Part shown: positions 1 through 8,551 of the stretch, piece after piece
How the letters are laid out: each line of letters begins with the position of its first letter
Numbering within the stretch: position 1 is the first letter of the stretch
Assembly (NCBI GenBank): GCA_044356455.1
Contig: JBIKWF010000018.1
Coordinates: 1 to 53,073 of the forward strand
Reading direction: 5' to 3'
DNA from: Bdellovibrionota bacterium
GTDB lineage: Bacteria; Bdellovibrionota_C; UBA2361; JBGSMV01
Length of the DNA: 53,073 nucleotides
Position numbers and translations under genes: made by a program
The notes under the pieces: generated by a model
What the model was told of the DNA's origin: nothing
Database searches by the model: none
Seen by the model: only the letters and a program-made list of their open reading frames with translations

Positions 1-5
1 TCTGG

Positions 6-157
6 GTAGGGCGTCCTGTCCCCAGGGTGCCGCATGATCTTTCAACCTACCTCGTGGCGGCAAATCGAAACCAATTGGGCTGGGCCGGGAGATCTTTCGG
101 CACGCCGGGGCACGTCTCGCCGTCGCCTACTGGCAAAGGCGCAGCAGAGCGCCCTAC
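6..157. repeat. GTAG-tagged REP doublet (REPIN-like), spacer type Y, with a nested ~35-bp insert in one arm
   Basis: Starts GTAGGGCG and ends CGCCCTAC. It is the reverse-complement relative of the units at 10465-10860. The insert gtctcgccgtcgcctactggcaaaggcg also occurs at 28977-29011. Confidence 0.85.
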
Positions 158-210
158 CGGAGCGTATTTCTGCGCGGAGATGCCGGTGTATCCGCTACGT
201 GCCTGGGCTA

Positions 211-239
211 TTGACTAATGCAACCTGGTTGCGTATGAG
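211..239 (+). promoter_or_regulatory. Sigma70-like promoter with a Zur-like palindromic operator in the spacer
   Basis: TTGACT (211-216), ATGCAAC-CTG-GTTGCGT (218-234), TATGAG (234-239), upstream of metal-uptake genes. A near-identical site lies at 4736-4752. Confidence 0.7.
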
Positions 240-263
240 AAGGCCTCTTTCATATGAGGTGTT

Positions 264-1658
264 ATGCTCATTCCTTCTCGGCGAATTCCGTCATTTCCTT
301 TTTTGACGTCTCTCACTGCCTTTATTCTGCTGGGTGCGTGTTCGGCATTTGGACAGCCTCAAGCTGAGGTTGCTCAAGAGCTAAAGGCGCTTAAGTCTGC
401 TCTTGAAAGCTTAAGCGCGCAGGTTGATGCGCAGCGGAGCCGTATCGCGGTTCTTGAGTCTGAGAATCAGAAGCTCTCTGCCAAGGCCGTAGCGGCGCCC
501 CAAGACAAGGCTCTTGTTTCGGGCGGTGCCTCAAGTTCTGCGGTAGCTCAGCTTTCATCGGGCAATAAGCGCAGCCTTGGTCAATTTAATCCTGATATTG
601 GTTTTGTGGCAGATGTGGTCACGAAACTCACTCAAGATGATGAGGACGGGGAGGGGAATGACCGCGTCAGCGTTCGCCATGCTGAGCTTATCGTCGGCCA
701 TGATATTGATCCTTACTCGCGGCTCGATGGGACTTTAGCGTTCTCTGATGTGCATGGCGTTGAGCTTGAAGAGGCTTACATTACGCATTGGGGACTCCCT
801 TGGGACTTTAAGGGCAAGCTCGGTCGTTTCCATCCCAAAGTTGGTATTGCGAGTTCGCTCCATACCGAGCAGCTCGATAGCGTCGACACGCCTCTTTTTG
901 TAAGCCAATACCTTGGTGAAGAGGGCTTTATTAAGTCAGGCCTCGAGTTTTCGAATTTCTTGCCGCTGCCTTTTGAGGATCCGGCAGTTGAGGTTATTGC
1001 TGGAATTGTAGAAGGCGGTTCAGGAGAAGAGGGGCAGATATTTGGCTCTACTGCGCGAAGGCCCTCTTTTTATACACGAGTGCGAGGCGCATCGGAGCTT
1101 TCGGATGCGAGCAGTCTAGAGCTTGGCGGGACCTTTCTTCTTGGTTCGGCGGATGAAGATTCGGCGAGCGAAGTTCGTGCCTTTGGAGCTGACCTCGTAT
1201 TTACGCATTCGTTTAACGCGGTCAATCGTTTGAAGCTTCAGGCTGAGGCACTCTTTCAAGATAGATCTGCCGGCTTTACCGAGTCCTCGGAAGAGGATGC
1301 CCATGCTCATTCACTGGGTAGGGATGAGGAGGAAGGTCACGAGGAAGAGGAGCATGAGGGTGAGCCACTTCTCTTTAGAGAGAACCCCTGGGGCATGTAT
1401 CTTCTTGCCGACTACCGTCTTGCGGAGCGTTTCGGGGTTGGTGCTCGCTTCGACCTTGTAGAGCCTATCAATAAAGTTGAGGAAGGTAAGAGAAGCAACG
1501 ACATCGCCTATAATGCGATGTTCACCTTCCATCAGAGTGAGTTCGCGCGCTGGAGAGTGCAGTACCAGCACTTAGATCGCGCGGAGCTGGGGAGAGATAA
1601 TCGCTTCTTCCTCCAGGGGACTTTTGCGATTGGTGTGCATAAGCATCAGCTGAATTAA
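264..1658 (+). CDS. Outer-membrane beta-barrel protein, zinc-regulated receptor/porin-like
   Basis: Signal peptide, N-terminal coiled coil, amphipathic beta strands (FNPDIG, ELEEAY, GKLGRF), His/Glu-rich loop (DAHAHS...GHEEEEHE), C-terminal IGVHKH. First gene of a metal ABC operon. Confidence 0.75.
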   Translation: MLIPSRRIPSFPFLTSLTAFILLGACSAFGQPQAEVAQELKALKSALESLSAQVDAQRSRIAVLESENQKLSAKAVAAPQDKALVSGGASSSAVAQLSSGNKRSLGQFNPDIGFVADVVTKLTQDDEDGEGNDRVSVRHAELIVGHDIDPYSRLDGTLAFSDVHGVELEEAYITHWGLPWDFKGKLGRFHPKVGIASSLHTEQLDSVDTPLFVSQYLGEEGFIKSGLEFSNFLPLPFEDPAVEVIAGIVEGGSGEEGQIFGSTARRPSFYTRVRGASELSDASSLELGGTFLLGSADEDSASEVRAFGADLVFTHSFNAVNRLKLQAEALFQDRSAGFTESSEEDAHAHSLGRDEEEGHEEEEHEGEPLLFRENPWGMYLLADYRLAERFGVGARFDLVEPINKVEEGKRSNDIAYNAMFTFHQSEFARWRVQYQHLDRAELGRDNRFFLQGTFAIGVHKHQLN

Positions 1659-1666
1659 GAAATGCT

Positions 1667-1734
1667 CCCTTAGTGTTCTCTGTGTTCTTAGTGGTTGTTT
1701 TCAATAACCACTAAGAACACAGAGAACACTAAGG
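1667..1734. repeat. 9-bp-periodic palindromic intergenic repeat (CTTAGTG../..CACTAAG family)
   Basis: cccttagtgttctctgtgttcttagtggtt...aaccactaagaacacagagaacactaaggg forms a long near-perfect inverted repeat. Relatives at 15757, 17930, 18040 and 18183. Confidence 0.85.
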
Positions 1735-1757
1735 GTATAGGGATCTGGAGATAGGGA

Positions 1758-2669
1758 ATGCTTCGAATTTTAACTTGTATCGGAATAGCTCTTGGTGTGG
1801 TTTCTGCTGCTTCGGCTGAGCCACTAAAGGTGGTGGCGACGCTGCCTAGCTTTAGATCTTTGGCAGAGGAGATCGGTGGGGATCGGGTGGTGGTGAGCTC
1901 GGTAGCAGCTCCGCAGTTTAATGCCCACTTCATCGAGCCAAAGCCTAGTGATGTGTTGCGTGTGAAGCGAGCTGAGCTTTTTATTCATGCGGGACTCGAT
2001 CTTGAAGCGTGGCGTGGGCCGCTTCTTGATGCGGCGGGTAACGTTCAGGTTCGGGATGGGGGAGAAAGGACGCTCGATCTTTCTCAGGGGATCGTTTTGC
2101 TTAATGTGCCCCAGGGAGAGATTACGAGGGCTCAGGGGGATATCCATCTCTTTGGGAACCCGCATTATTGGTCAAATCCAGAGAACGGTTTGATTATGGC
2201 GCGCGCGATTCAGCGCAAACTTACGGAGTTGGATCCTCAAGGTGCGGAGTATTTTGCGGGGCGTGGGGATGACTTCGCCTCTCGTCTGTCCAAGGCTATT
2301 CAAGAGTGGCGGCTTCAGGCCCAAGGGGTGAGAGGGAAAGGCGTAGTTGCGTACCATGACGAGTGGCCGTACTTGACGGCCTTTTTGGGGATTAGAGAGA
2401 TTGGATTTTTGGAGCCAAAGCCAGGAATCCCGCCAACGCCGCGCCAGATAGAGCTGCTTACGGAGAAGATGAAGAAGGATGGCGTACGTGTGGTTATTCA
2501 GGCTACGTATTCTCCGGATGATTCTTCGAAGGTGCTTGCTCAAAGAGTGGGCGGAACAGTCGTAAAGCTTTGCCAGAACGTAGGGGAGCTCCCAGAGTGT
2601 GAAGATTATATCTCCATGATTGGGTTTAATGTACGGGGAATTGTGCAGGCGTTTTTGGGGGCGTCTTAA
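1758..2669 (+). CDS. znuA: Zn/Mn ABC transporter substrate-binding protein (ZnuA/TroA family)
   Basis: Signal peptide, LKVVAT, NAHFIEPKPSD, GNPHYW, YHDEW, EPKPGIPPTP motifs. Confidence 0.9.
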   Translation: MLRILTCIGIALGVVSAASAEPLKVVATLPSFRSLAEEIGGDRVVVSSVAAPQFNAHFIEPKPSDVLRVKRAELFIHAGLDLEAWRGPLLDAAGNVQVRDGGERTLDLSQGIVLLNVPQGEITRAQGDIHLFGNPHYWSNPENGLIMARAIQRKLTELDPQGAEYFAGRGDDFASRLSKAIQEWRLQAQGVRGKGVVAYHDEWPYLTAFLGIREIGFLEPKPGIPPTPRQIELLTEKMKKDGVRVVIQATYSPDDSSKVLAQRVGGTVVKLCQNVGELPECEDYISMIGFNVRGIVQAFLGAS

Positions 2670-2685
2670 GCGCAGTGGAGAAGAA

Positions 2686-2741
2686 CATGCCACGTGCCGA
2701 TTTGACAGATCTTGCGGCACCGCGGGGACGCGGCGCCCTAC
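2686..2741. repeat. Partial GTAG REP element (spacer type X)
   Basis: acatgccacgtgcc...agatcttgcggcaccgcggggacgcggcgccctac is the reverse complement of the unit start at 28681. Confidence 0.8.
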
Positions 2742-2765
2742 CATGGGTTTTTTGGTGAGAAGGGG

Positions 2766-3602
2766 ATGGATGGATTTGCCGAAATTATGGTGGGCCCGCT
2801 TCTTGCGTGCCTGATTCTTACGGGAATTCATACCTACCTTGGGCTACACGTCATTGAACGTGGTGTTATTTTTGTTGATCTGGCTCTAGCCCAAATGGCT
2901 GCGCTTGGGGCTACGGTTGGTTTCCTTCTCGGATTTGAGCTTCATACTTTTTCTGGCTACCTCTGCTCGCTTCTCTTTGCGATGGCGGGAGCGGGAGTTT
3001 TCGCTGTAAGCCGATTTCGGCGCCAGGTTATCCCTCAAGAAGCGGTGATTGGCGTGGTTTATGCGGTCGCTGGGGCCGGGGCAATTTTGATTTTGAGCCG
3101 CGCTCCTGAGGGGGGAGAGGAGCTTAAAGCTTTAATGGTCGGGCACCTGCTTTTTGTTTCCTGGTCTGAGATCTTAAAGGTCCTGTTTCTCTATTCTTTG
3201 GTGGGGATAGTACACTGGGTATTTAGGAATAAATTTTTCCTGCTTACCCGCGATGCCGAGGGCGCTTTTGATAGAGGCGAGAAGGTACGGCTTTGGGATT
3301 TTCTTTTCTACGCAACCTTCGCTCTGGTGGTGACAAGTTCTGTTGAGCTTGCAGGGGTACTTCTCGTGTTTTGCTTTCTAACCGTGCCTGCTCTTTGCGG
3401 AATTCTGCTTGCTGAGTCTGTGCGGAGCCGGCTCTTGGTGGGCTGGGCGGTAGGGTTTGTGGCGAGTGCGGTGGGAATGGTTGTGTCCTTCCAGGCTGAT
3501 TTGCCGACTGGGGCTACGGTGGTGTGTACGCTTGGAGCGCTCTTGGCGCTTGTTTTTTTGTTGGCGGCGGTGGGCGTCTGTAAGGTGAGGGGTGTAGGTT
3601 AG
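2766..3602 (+). CDS. znuB: Metal ABC transporter permease (ZnuB/ABC-3 family)
   Basis: Multi-TM protein with LGLHVIERGVIFVDLALAQMAALG and DLPTGATVV. ATG at 2766 follows a purine-rich RBS; the upstream ORF extension runs through a REP. Confidence 0.88.
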   Translation: MDGFAEIMVGPLLACLILTGIHTYLGLHVIERGVIFVDLALAQMAALGATVGFLLGFELHTFSGYLCSLLFAMAGAGVFAVSRFRRQVIPQEAVIGVVYAVAGAGAILILSRAPEGGEELKALMVGHLLFVSWSEILKVLFLYSLVGIVHWVFRNKFFLLTRDAEGAFDRGEKVRLWDFLFYATFALVVTSSVELAGVLLVFCFLTVPALCGILLAESVRSRLLVGWAVGFVASAVGMVVSFQADLPTGATVVCTLGALLALVFLLAAVGVCKVRGVG

Positions 3603-3606
3603 ACCT

Positions 3607-3742
3607 TAGGGAGCCTCTGAGAAACCTCGATATTTTATTCTTTCTCTCAGTGATCTCTGCGTCCTCTGTGGTTTTTCGACAACTTAAATCAACCACAGAG
3701 GGCACAGAGAACACAGAGCAGGTTTTTTTCACAGCTTCCCTA
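3607..3742. mobile_element. MITE-like element, family B
   Basis: TA-GGGAGCCTCTGAGAAA ... TTTTTCACAGCTTCCC-TA imperfect terminal inverted repeats, with an internal CTCTGTGG/CCACAGAG palindrome. Confidence 0.75.
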
Positions 3743-3983
3743 GTTTGTTTTGATTGAGTAAGTCCATCTCCCAATCACCAGATTCTGGACATTCTCCGAG
3801 TTCAGCAGTTCGATAAATTCTCTCAAATCTTGGATAAGCTTCATACACCGGCCTCATTAGCTCGAGAGCGATTTCTAAACGCTGGTCATTGGTAAGGGAA
3901 GCATAGAACTCTGCATTCGCGCGGTCTGCTTCTTCGTGGCTCGAAAAGTGCTGGATGGTGAAGTCAAAGTTCTTACTTGGCAT
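3729..3983 (-). CDS. Small hypothetical protein resembling partners of nucleotidyltransferase TA-like modules; 3' end runs into the MITE
   Basis: FSSHEEADRANAEFYASLTNDQRLEIALEL...RFERIYR pattern. The stop codon lies inside the MITE terminal repeat. Confidence 0.5.
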   Translation of the reverse strand: MPSKNFDFTIQHFSSHEEADRANAEFYASLTNDQRLEIALELMRPVYEAYPRFERIYRTAELGECPESGDWEMDLLNQNKLGKL

Positions 3984-4092
3984 GTGACCGCAGCGCCTCA
4001 GAAGCAGGAGATAACACCCGAAGAGAATAGCACAAATGAGTTAGGGTGAGTAACCCCTTGTTATGAAATGGGATAGTCTAGAGCCTCGTTCA

Positions 4093-4722
4093 CTACCTAT
4101 GTGCACATGCACTATGCGCACTGTCACTATGCGCACTGTCACTATTCGCACAGTCTTTGCATGAAGCGCATAGACGATGATTCAGGAAGTGACCAAAAGC
4201 GAGAGCGAAGCCACCAATAGCCATAAAGATCCAGTGACTAAGGCTCGTGCTGCCGTCGTGGTGATGAAGATGGTGTGCTGATTCTGTGTGGCTATGCCGA
4301 AATTCACTGAGGCCAAATTCACTATGCCCAAACTCGCTGAGCCCGAGCGCAAAGAAGATAATTGCTGCAAGAAGGAAGATAAAGGTCTTGCGCTGCCCGT
4401 GAACTTTCATTCCCCAGCAGAAGCTCGTGGTGGCAAGAGAAAGAGTAAGGAGAATCATGATGGTCTCGAACTTTGAGCCTGCGATAAAGCCGAGGCCAAG
4501 GAGGGGAAGAGACGTCACTACAAACGGTAAGGCGATGCAGTGAATTGCGCAGCCGAAAGAAAGGGTGGCGCCGATCTTATCAAGAATCGTGAGTTCTCTC
4601 ACAGCTTCTTGCTTAGCATCAGTAGCTGAATCATTTGCCTTGGCCGCAAGACAAAGAGATGGCGCCGCAAGAGGGGCGGGCGGGCAGCAAGACGGGGCTA
4701 CTTCTTTTACGGCTACGAACAT
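4093..4722 (-). CDS. MerC-domain membrane protein, His-rich
   Basis: LDKIGATLSFGCAIHCIALP motif, four TM segments, HHLHHHD loop, GHFLNHRLC, Cys/His-rich tail. Zur-like box directly upstream. Confidence 0.8.
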   Translation of the reverse strand: MFVAVKEVAPSCCPPAPLAAPSLCLAAKANDSATDAKQEAVRELTILDKIGATLSFGCAIHCIALPFVVTSLPLLGLGFIAGSKFETIMILLTLSLATTSFCWGMKVHGQRKTFIFLLAAIIFFALGLSEFGHSEFGLSEFRHSHTESAHHLHHHDGSTSLSHWIFMAIGGFALAFGHFLNHRLCASCKDCANSDSAHSDSAHSACAHR

Positions 4723-4729
4723 AGAGGGG

Positions 4730-4759
4730 AGTCTAATGCGACTTGGTTGCGTGAGTCAA
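4730..4759 (-). promoter_or_regulatory. Sigma70-like promoter with a Zur-like operator for the MerC-like gene
   Basis: Minus strand reads TTGACT-N18-TAGACT. The spacer contains ACGCAAC-CAA-GTCGCAT (plus strand 4736-4752). Confidence 0.72.
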
Positions 4760-4827
4760 ATGGTTGAGTTTCTTGTGGCGCGGCGTAAGGCTTTGATCTT
4801 ATTGCGGTTGCCGGGTTTTAGATGAGG

Positions 4828-5952
4828 TCAGTCGAGCCCGGTTCCCAGGATGAGCCAGCGCCTTTGCGAGGGGGCTCCGGAACGAGGGTCTGTGGCGTAG
4901 CGAACCCAGCTTCTAGCTTTAAATACGAAGTGAATGTTTCCGTCACGAAGAGCCGCGCTCGCGGGGGGATTGGGATCGCGGGCGCCTGATTGCACCGCGG
5001 CATGAAGTACCTCATCAAAGCGCGTGCTACCTGAGCTGTCTTCAAGCTCGACTTTGAGGAGCTTGCCTTCTTTTGATAGCACCGCGCGAACCGTGGTGTC
5101 GGTCGTCATAGACTGGATGTCTTCCGCTCTTAGGCGCTCCCAGCCCGACGCCCTAAGATACCCGAAGACTTGCACGGCAACGCGCCGCACGAAGACGGCG
5201 TAGAGATTCGCCTTGGCGTTGAGCATCGTGATGTCACCGTCAGGAAGAGACGGCAAAAAATCGTTGCTTCCTGCGGAGCCCATGATGCGTGCGCCTGAGC
5301 CGGGAGCACGCCCAAAGGGCTGGATATCAGAGAGGCTATTGGTGCGGGAAGGGGACGACTGTCCTGAAAGAGCTGCTGCTATGCGATCCTCCGTGGATTC
5401 GGAATCCTGCACGCTAAATCGTTCGAGCATGGTGGAGCGGTCGAGCTTGAGGGATGAGATTCGCTTGGGGGCGGCAGGTTCTTCGGCTGGTTTTGCGAGA
5501 GGCGGAGTTTGCTTCTGTTTCGGCTCCGGCTTCTCCTTGGGGCTTTTGTTGGACCTTTGAGGCTGCATTTTTGCTGACATCGCCTCTTTAACCCCAGACT
5601 TTGGTCCAGCTACTCCGGCCATCGGATCGTCGCCGCGCTTAATCTGTTCCTTTACCGCGGAGCTATCTCGTTCGGCGAGAAACGTAGGGTCCTTCGGCGG
5701 CTCTTTAGATGTTTCTTCGGGAGACGAAACAATTTGGCGTGGTTGGCGAGCGACTTCAGGAACCGGTTTGGCGGGGCGTGGAGGTTCAAAGCTCACCATA
5801 AGGACAGGTTCTGTCTGTAGAGAGGAGGTCGGTGCAAGTATTCCAGATACGATAACAAAAAGGGCCAGGAGGGCGTGGACTAGCAATGAGGCGAACGCTC
5901 CTCGCCAGAGGTACTCAGAGAGTGAGTTCTGTTCGAGGATTGCTGAGCTCAT
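4828..5952 (-). CDS. TonB/TolA-like energy transducer (TonB C-terminal domain)
   Basis: N-terminal anchor ASLLVHALL (S-x3-H), Pro/Lys/Glu-rich linker, C-terminal LSKEGKLLKVELEDSSGSTRFDE...PNPP. Confidence 0.8.
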   Translation of the reverse strand: MSSAILEQNSLSEYLWRGAFASLLVHALLALFVIVSGILAPTSSLQTEPVLMVSFEPPRPAKPVPEVARQPRQIVSSPEETSKEPPKDPTFLAERDSSAVKEQIKRGDDPMAGVAGPKSGVKEAMSAKMQPQRSNKSPKEKPEPKQKQTPPLAKPAEEPAAPKRISSLKLDRSTMLERFSVQDSESTEDRIAAALSGQSSPSRTNSLSDIQPFGRAPGSGARIMGSAGSNDFLPSLPDGDITMLNAKANLYAVFVRRVAVQVFGYLRASGWERLRAEDIQSMTTDTTVRAVLSKEGKLLKVELEDSSGSTRFDEVLHAAVQSGARDPNPPASAALRDGNIHFVFKARSWVRYATDPRSGAPSQRRWLILGTGLD

Positions 5953-6033
5953 GGTGCGATAGAAGCGTCGTTGGGTGAGACATCATCGTCTCACGGGAGC
6001 CCGCGTAGCAACAGGGCAGAGCTTTCTTCGCGG

Positions 6034-7107
6034 CTATTCCTCTAACTTTTTGAGCTCTTCTTCCGACACCTCGACTGCGTCTGGGGGCGCAGTTTCTGAC
6101 AACGCTGCCTCTGGAGCTGCTTTTGCGCTGCCTAAGAAGAGGCCTGGTGTGGTCTCTGGTGAAACTGAGTCTTTCCCTTTGGCAAGCCACTGATGGACGC
6201 TGCCCCCTTGTCGAATCTGCGCTATGCGCTCAAGGAGTATTGAGACGTCTTTGGCGTGCGGGAAAAATTCTACTCGGTGCGCGATTTGAGGTTCCTTTCC
6301 GGTTTTAATGAGGGCCGCAAGCCATTGGTCAGTAACTCTCATTCCGATTGCTTCTCTTGGCTCTCCGGACTGCCCTTCCGGGAGGAATCCGCGACTTAAG
6401 AACTCGCTAACATGAATTCCAAGTCCAATAGGCTGTGCAAGGATCGAAGCGACCTGCCCAAAGGTGCAGCGCCAAAGCCGCATTTCCTCTGCCATGTCCG
6501 AAAATACTTCGGCCTTTTTAATGGCTCTTCGGTATTTAATGAAATTGGGTTTATCAATTCCAAGGAACAGGGCCTGAGCGAGTGGTCTGAGGCCTCCGAC
6601 GAGCACCGCATTTGCGAGGCCTAAGCTCGGAATCGCGTCCCCAATTAAGCCGCATAGGTCGGTATGGAGCTGAACAGCTTCGTCGATAAATTTCCATTCT
6701 TCCGGGTCACAGCCCTTTCGAATGGCGCGGTAAAGGTAGACGAGGCTGAGGAGCGAGGCGATCTCTTCGGGCTTAAAGGTTTTGAGAATTCCTTCAATTG
6801 ATGAACCATGGGACTGAAAAATCTCTGGGCGATAGGTGAGTGCTGCGAAATAGAGCGGGGCGGAAACGCTCTGACTCTTGAGCAATCTTAGCAGGTAGAA
6901 CTTTGAGCCTTTGGAGAGATCTGGCTGTTTCTGCTCAAAATCTGCGCGCAAAAACCGAATGCAGGTTGAAAAGGAATTTGGAACTTCCTTGATGAGGGCT
7001 GCGACTGCGCGTGCCTCCTCCCAACTTTCGGCAGATCCAACGGTGTCTAGTGAAGGTGCTTCTTTTTCGACCACAGGAGCTAACTTATCAATTTTTTTAA
7101 CGACCAT
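6034..7107 (-). CDS. Hypothetical all-helical protein, degenerate HDOD-like
   Basis: AVLVGGLRPLAQALF and EEMRLWRCTFGQVASILAQPIGL resemble the HDOD segments AFxxGLLHDxG and ERxxxGxxHxxxGxxLxxxWxL. Confidence 0.45.
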   Translation of the reverse strand: MVVKKIDKLAPVVEKEAPSLDTVGSAESWEEARAVAALIKEVPNSFSTCIRFLRADFEQKQPDLSKGSKFYLLRLLKSQSVSAPLYFAALTYRPEIFQSHGSSIEGILKTFKPEEIASLLSLVYLYRAIRKGCDPEEWKFIDEAVQLHTDLCGLIGDAIPSLGLANAVLVGGLRPLAQALFLGIDKPNFIKYRRAIKKAEVFSDMAEEMRLWRCTFGQVASILAQPIGLGIHVSEFLSRGFLPEGQSGEPREAIGMRVTDQWLAALIKTGKEPQIAHRVEFFPHAKDVSILLERIAQIRQGGSVHQWLAKGKDSVSPETTPGLFLGSAKAAPEAALSETAPPDAVEVSEEELKKLEE

Positions 7108-7229
7108 CGCAGGGGAAAATGGTCAAATTGCACAGTAGTTTCTAATAGTTACGCGAAATACCGAGAAACCCCCTTCGGTATTGGTCTACCCCTATGATAG
7201 CCCTTTTAGGGTAAATTAACAGGTGCTTT

Positions 7230-8387
7230 ATGGATACTCTGCGTTCCTTTTCCTCCTCGGCGCCGCGCTCTTCTGGCAGCGGGGCTGAGTCTGCTGACGG
7301 AGCGAATAGTAGACTTACCTTAGCGATGCGCCCAATGGCTCGATTCTCCCTTTCTCATGGGATGCAAGTTGTGGTCGAGCCGCGCGCCGTATCCACCAAA
7401 GAAGGTTTCCTTAAGAAGCGGCAGCAGAGCTGGATTTGTTTGGACGGGCGGATTACGGCCTGCCCCGAGATGATAAAATCTCGGCCCTTTTGGAACGCGG
7501 ATCACCACTATGGAGTGGATCGGCTTGCGACCCCGTGTACTGCGAAGCAGGTCCTGTGCGAGCTCGAGAAGCCAAAGAATATTCTTCGTTCCTTTGTGAA
7601 GGCCGGTAGCCTAAAGGCCAATATCGCGGTCAATGATTGTGATTTCGATGTGTGCCTAAGTCTCTGGCTTCTTAAGAATCATGGCCTCGTTGCGAAGGGA
7701 AAGCTTTCGAGGTCGATGAGAAACTTGGTCGATCTGCAAGACCGCATCGATAGGCGAGGAGGTTGTCTTCCCATCGACCCTACGTCTCCTTTGATGAAAT
7801 CCATGTCATGGCTCAATGAACCCTATGAGCGAGCTCGGGGAGAAGGTCGCCTTTCGAAGATGGGAGCAGCCGAGATGTCTGAGCTCATTCAAGAGATCAT
7901 GGGCAGGATTGACCGTTTCGCGGCAGGGCAGGGGGAGCGTCGCCTTGTGGATGGCCGTTACACAAAAATGGCGCTTGAGGGACCTGGCTGGGTCATGGTT
8001 GAGGAGCAGGGGCTCTATGCGCGTGGAGTTATGCTCAGAGATGGAATCAGGGCGTTTATTTCGGTTAAGCCTAAGGACCGAGATTGTTGGTCTTATGCGC
8101 TGTGGCGCATGAACCGCGCATCCTCCTTTAATGTTTCTTATCTTTACCGCGTGTTTAATGCAGCGGAGGGCTTGACCGATTTTTCCGAGAATTGTTGGGG
8201 CGGCAGCCAGGTTGGGGGGGGATCGCCGCGTATGACAGGAAGTTTTTTGAGCCCCGAGCAGCTTGCTCTCATTACGAATAGTTATCTCGAATTCGCCAGA
8301 GAACATGGGTTCAATGAGACCTCTCTTGCAGATTTCATAGAGAAGCATCTACCCGTGTTGTTGCAGCAGCCCCCCAAGGCTGCCTAA
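7230..8387 (+). CDS. Hypothetical protein, DHH-phosphoesterase-like motifs in permuted order
   Basis: LDG, NADHH, NDCDFD, DLQD and C-terminal WGGSxxGGGSPR motifs in a 385-aa ORF. Confidence 0.5.
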   Translation: MDTLRSFSSSAPRSSGSGAESADGANSRLTLAMRPMARFSLSHGMQVVVEPRAVSTKEGFLKKRQQSWICLDGRITACPEMIKSRPFWNADHHYGVDRLATPCTAKQVLCELEKPKNILRSFVKAGSLKANIAVNDCDFDVCLSLWLLKNHGLVAKGKLSRSMRNLVDLQDRIDRRGGCLPIDPTSPLMKSMSWLNEPYERARGEGRLSKMGAAEMSELIQEIMGRIDRFAAGQGERRLVDGRYTKMALEGPGWVMVEEQGLYARGVMLRDGIRAFISVKPKDRDCWSYALWRMNRASSFNVSYLYRVFNAAEGLTDFSENCWGGSQVGGGSPRMTGSFLSPEQLALITNSYLEFAREHGFNETSLADFIEKHLPVLLQQPPKAA

Positions 8388-8551
8388 GCTATAGGGATCG
8401 CTTACGCGGACCTTTTTGATAGCTGAATTCTGAGCTCTGAGTTACGTTGAGAAGGGTCCAAGGGATCCCGTGAGATGTGGCCGTTAGGAGTCTCTCTTTC
8501 CTCGTCAACTCGCAGGAGGACCGTCCCTTGATAGATTTCGAATAGGTGCTC

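Noticed and set aside
4093..4722. Mercury resistance locus
   Set aside because: No merA, merR, merT or merP nearby. The context and operator point to zinc.
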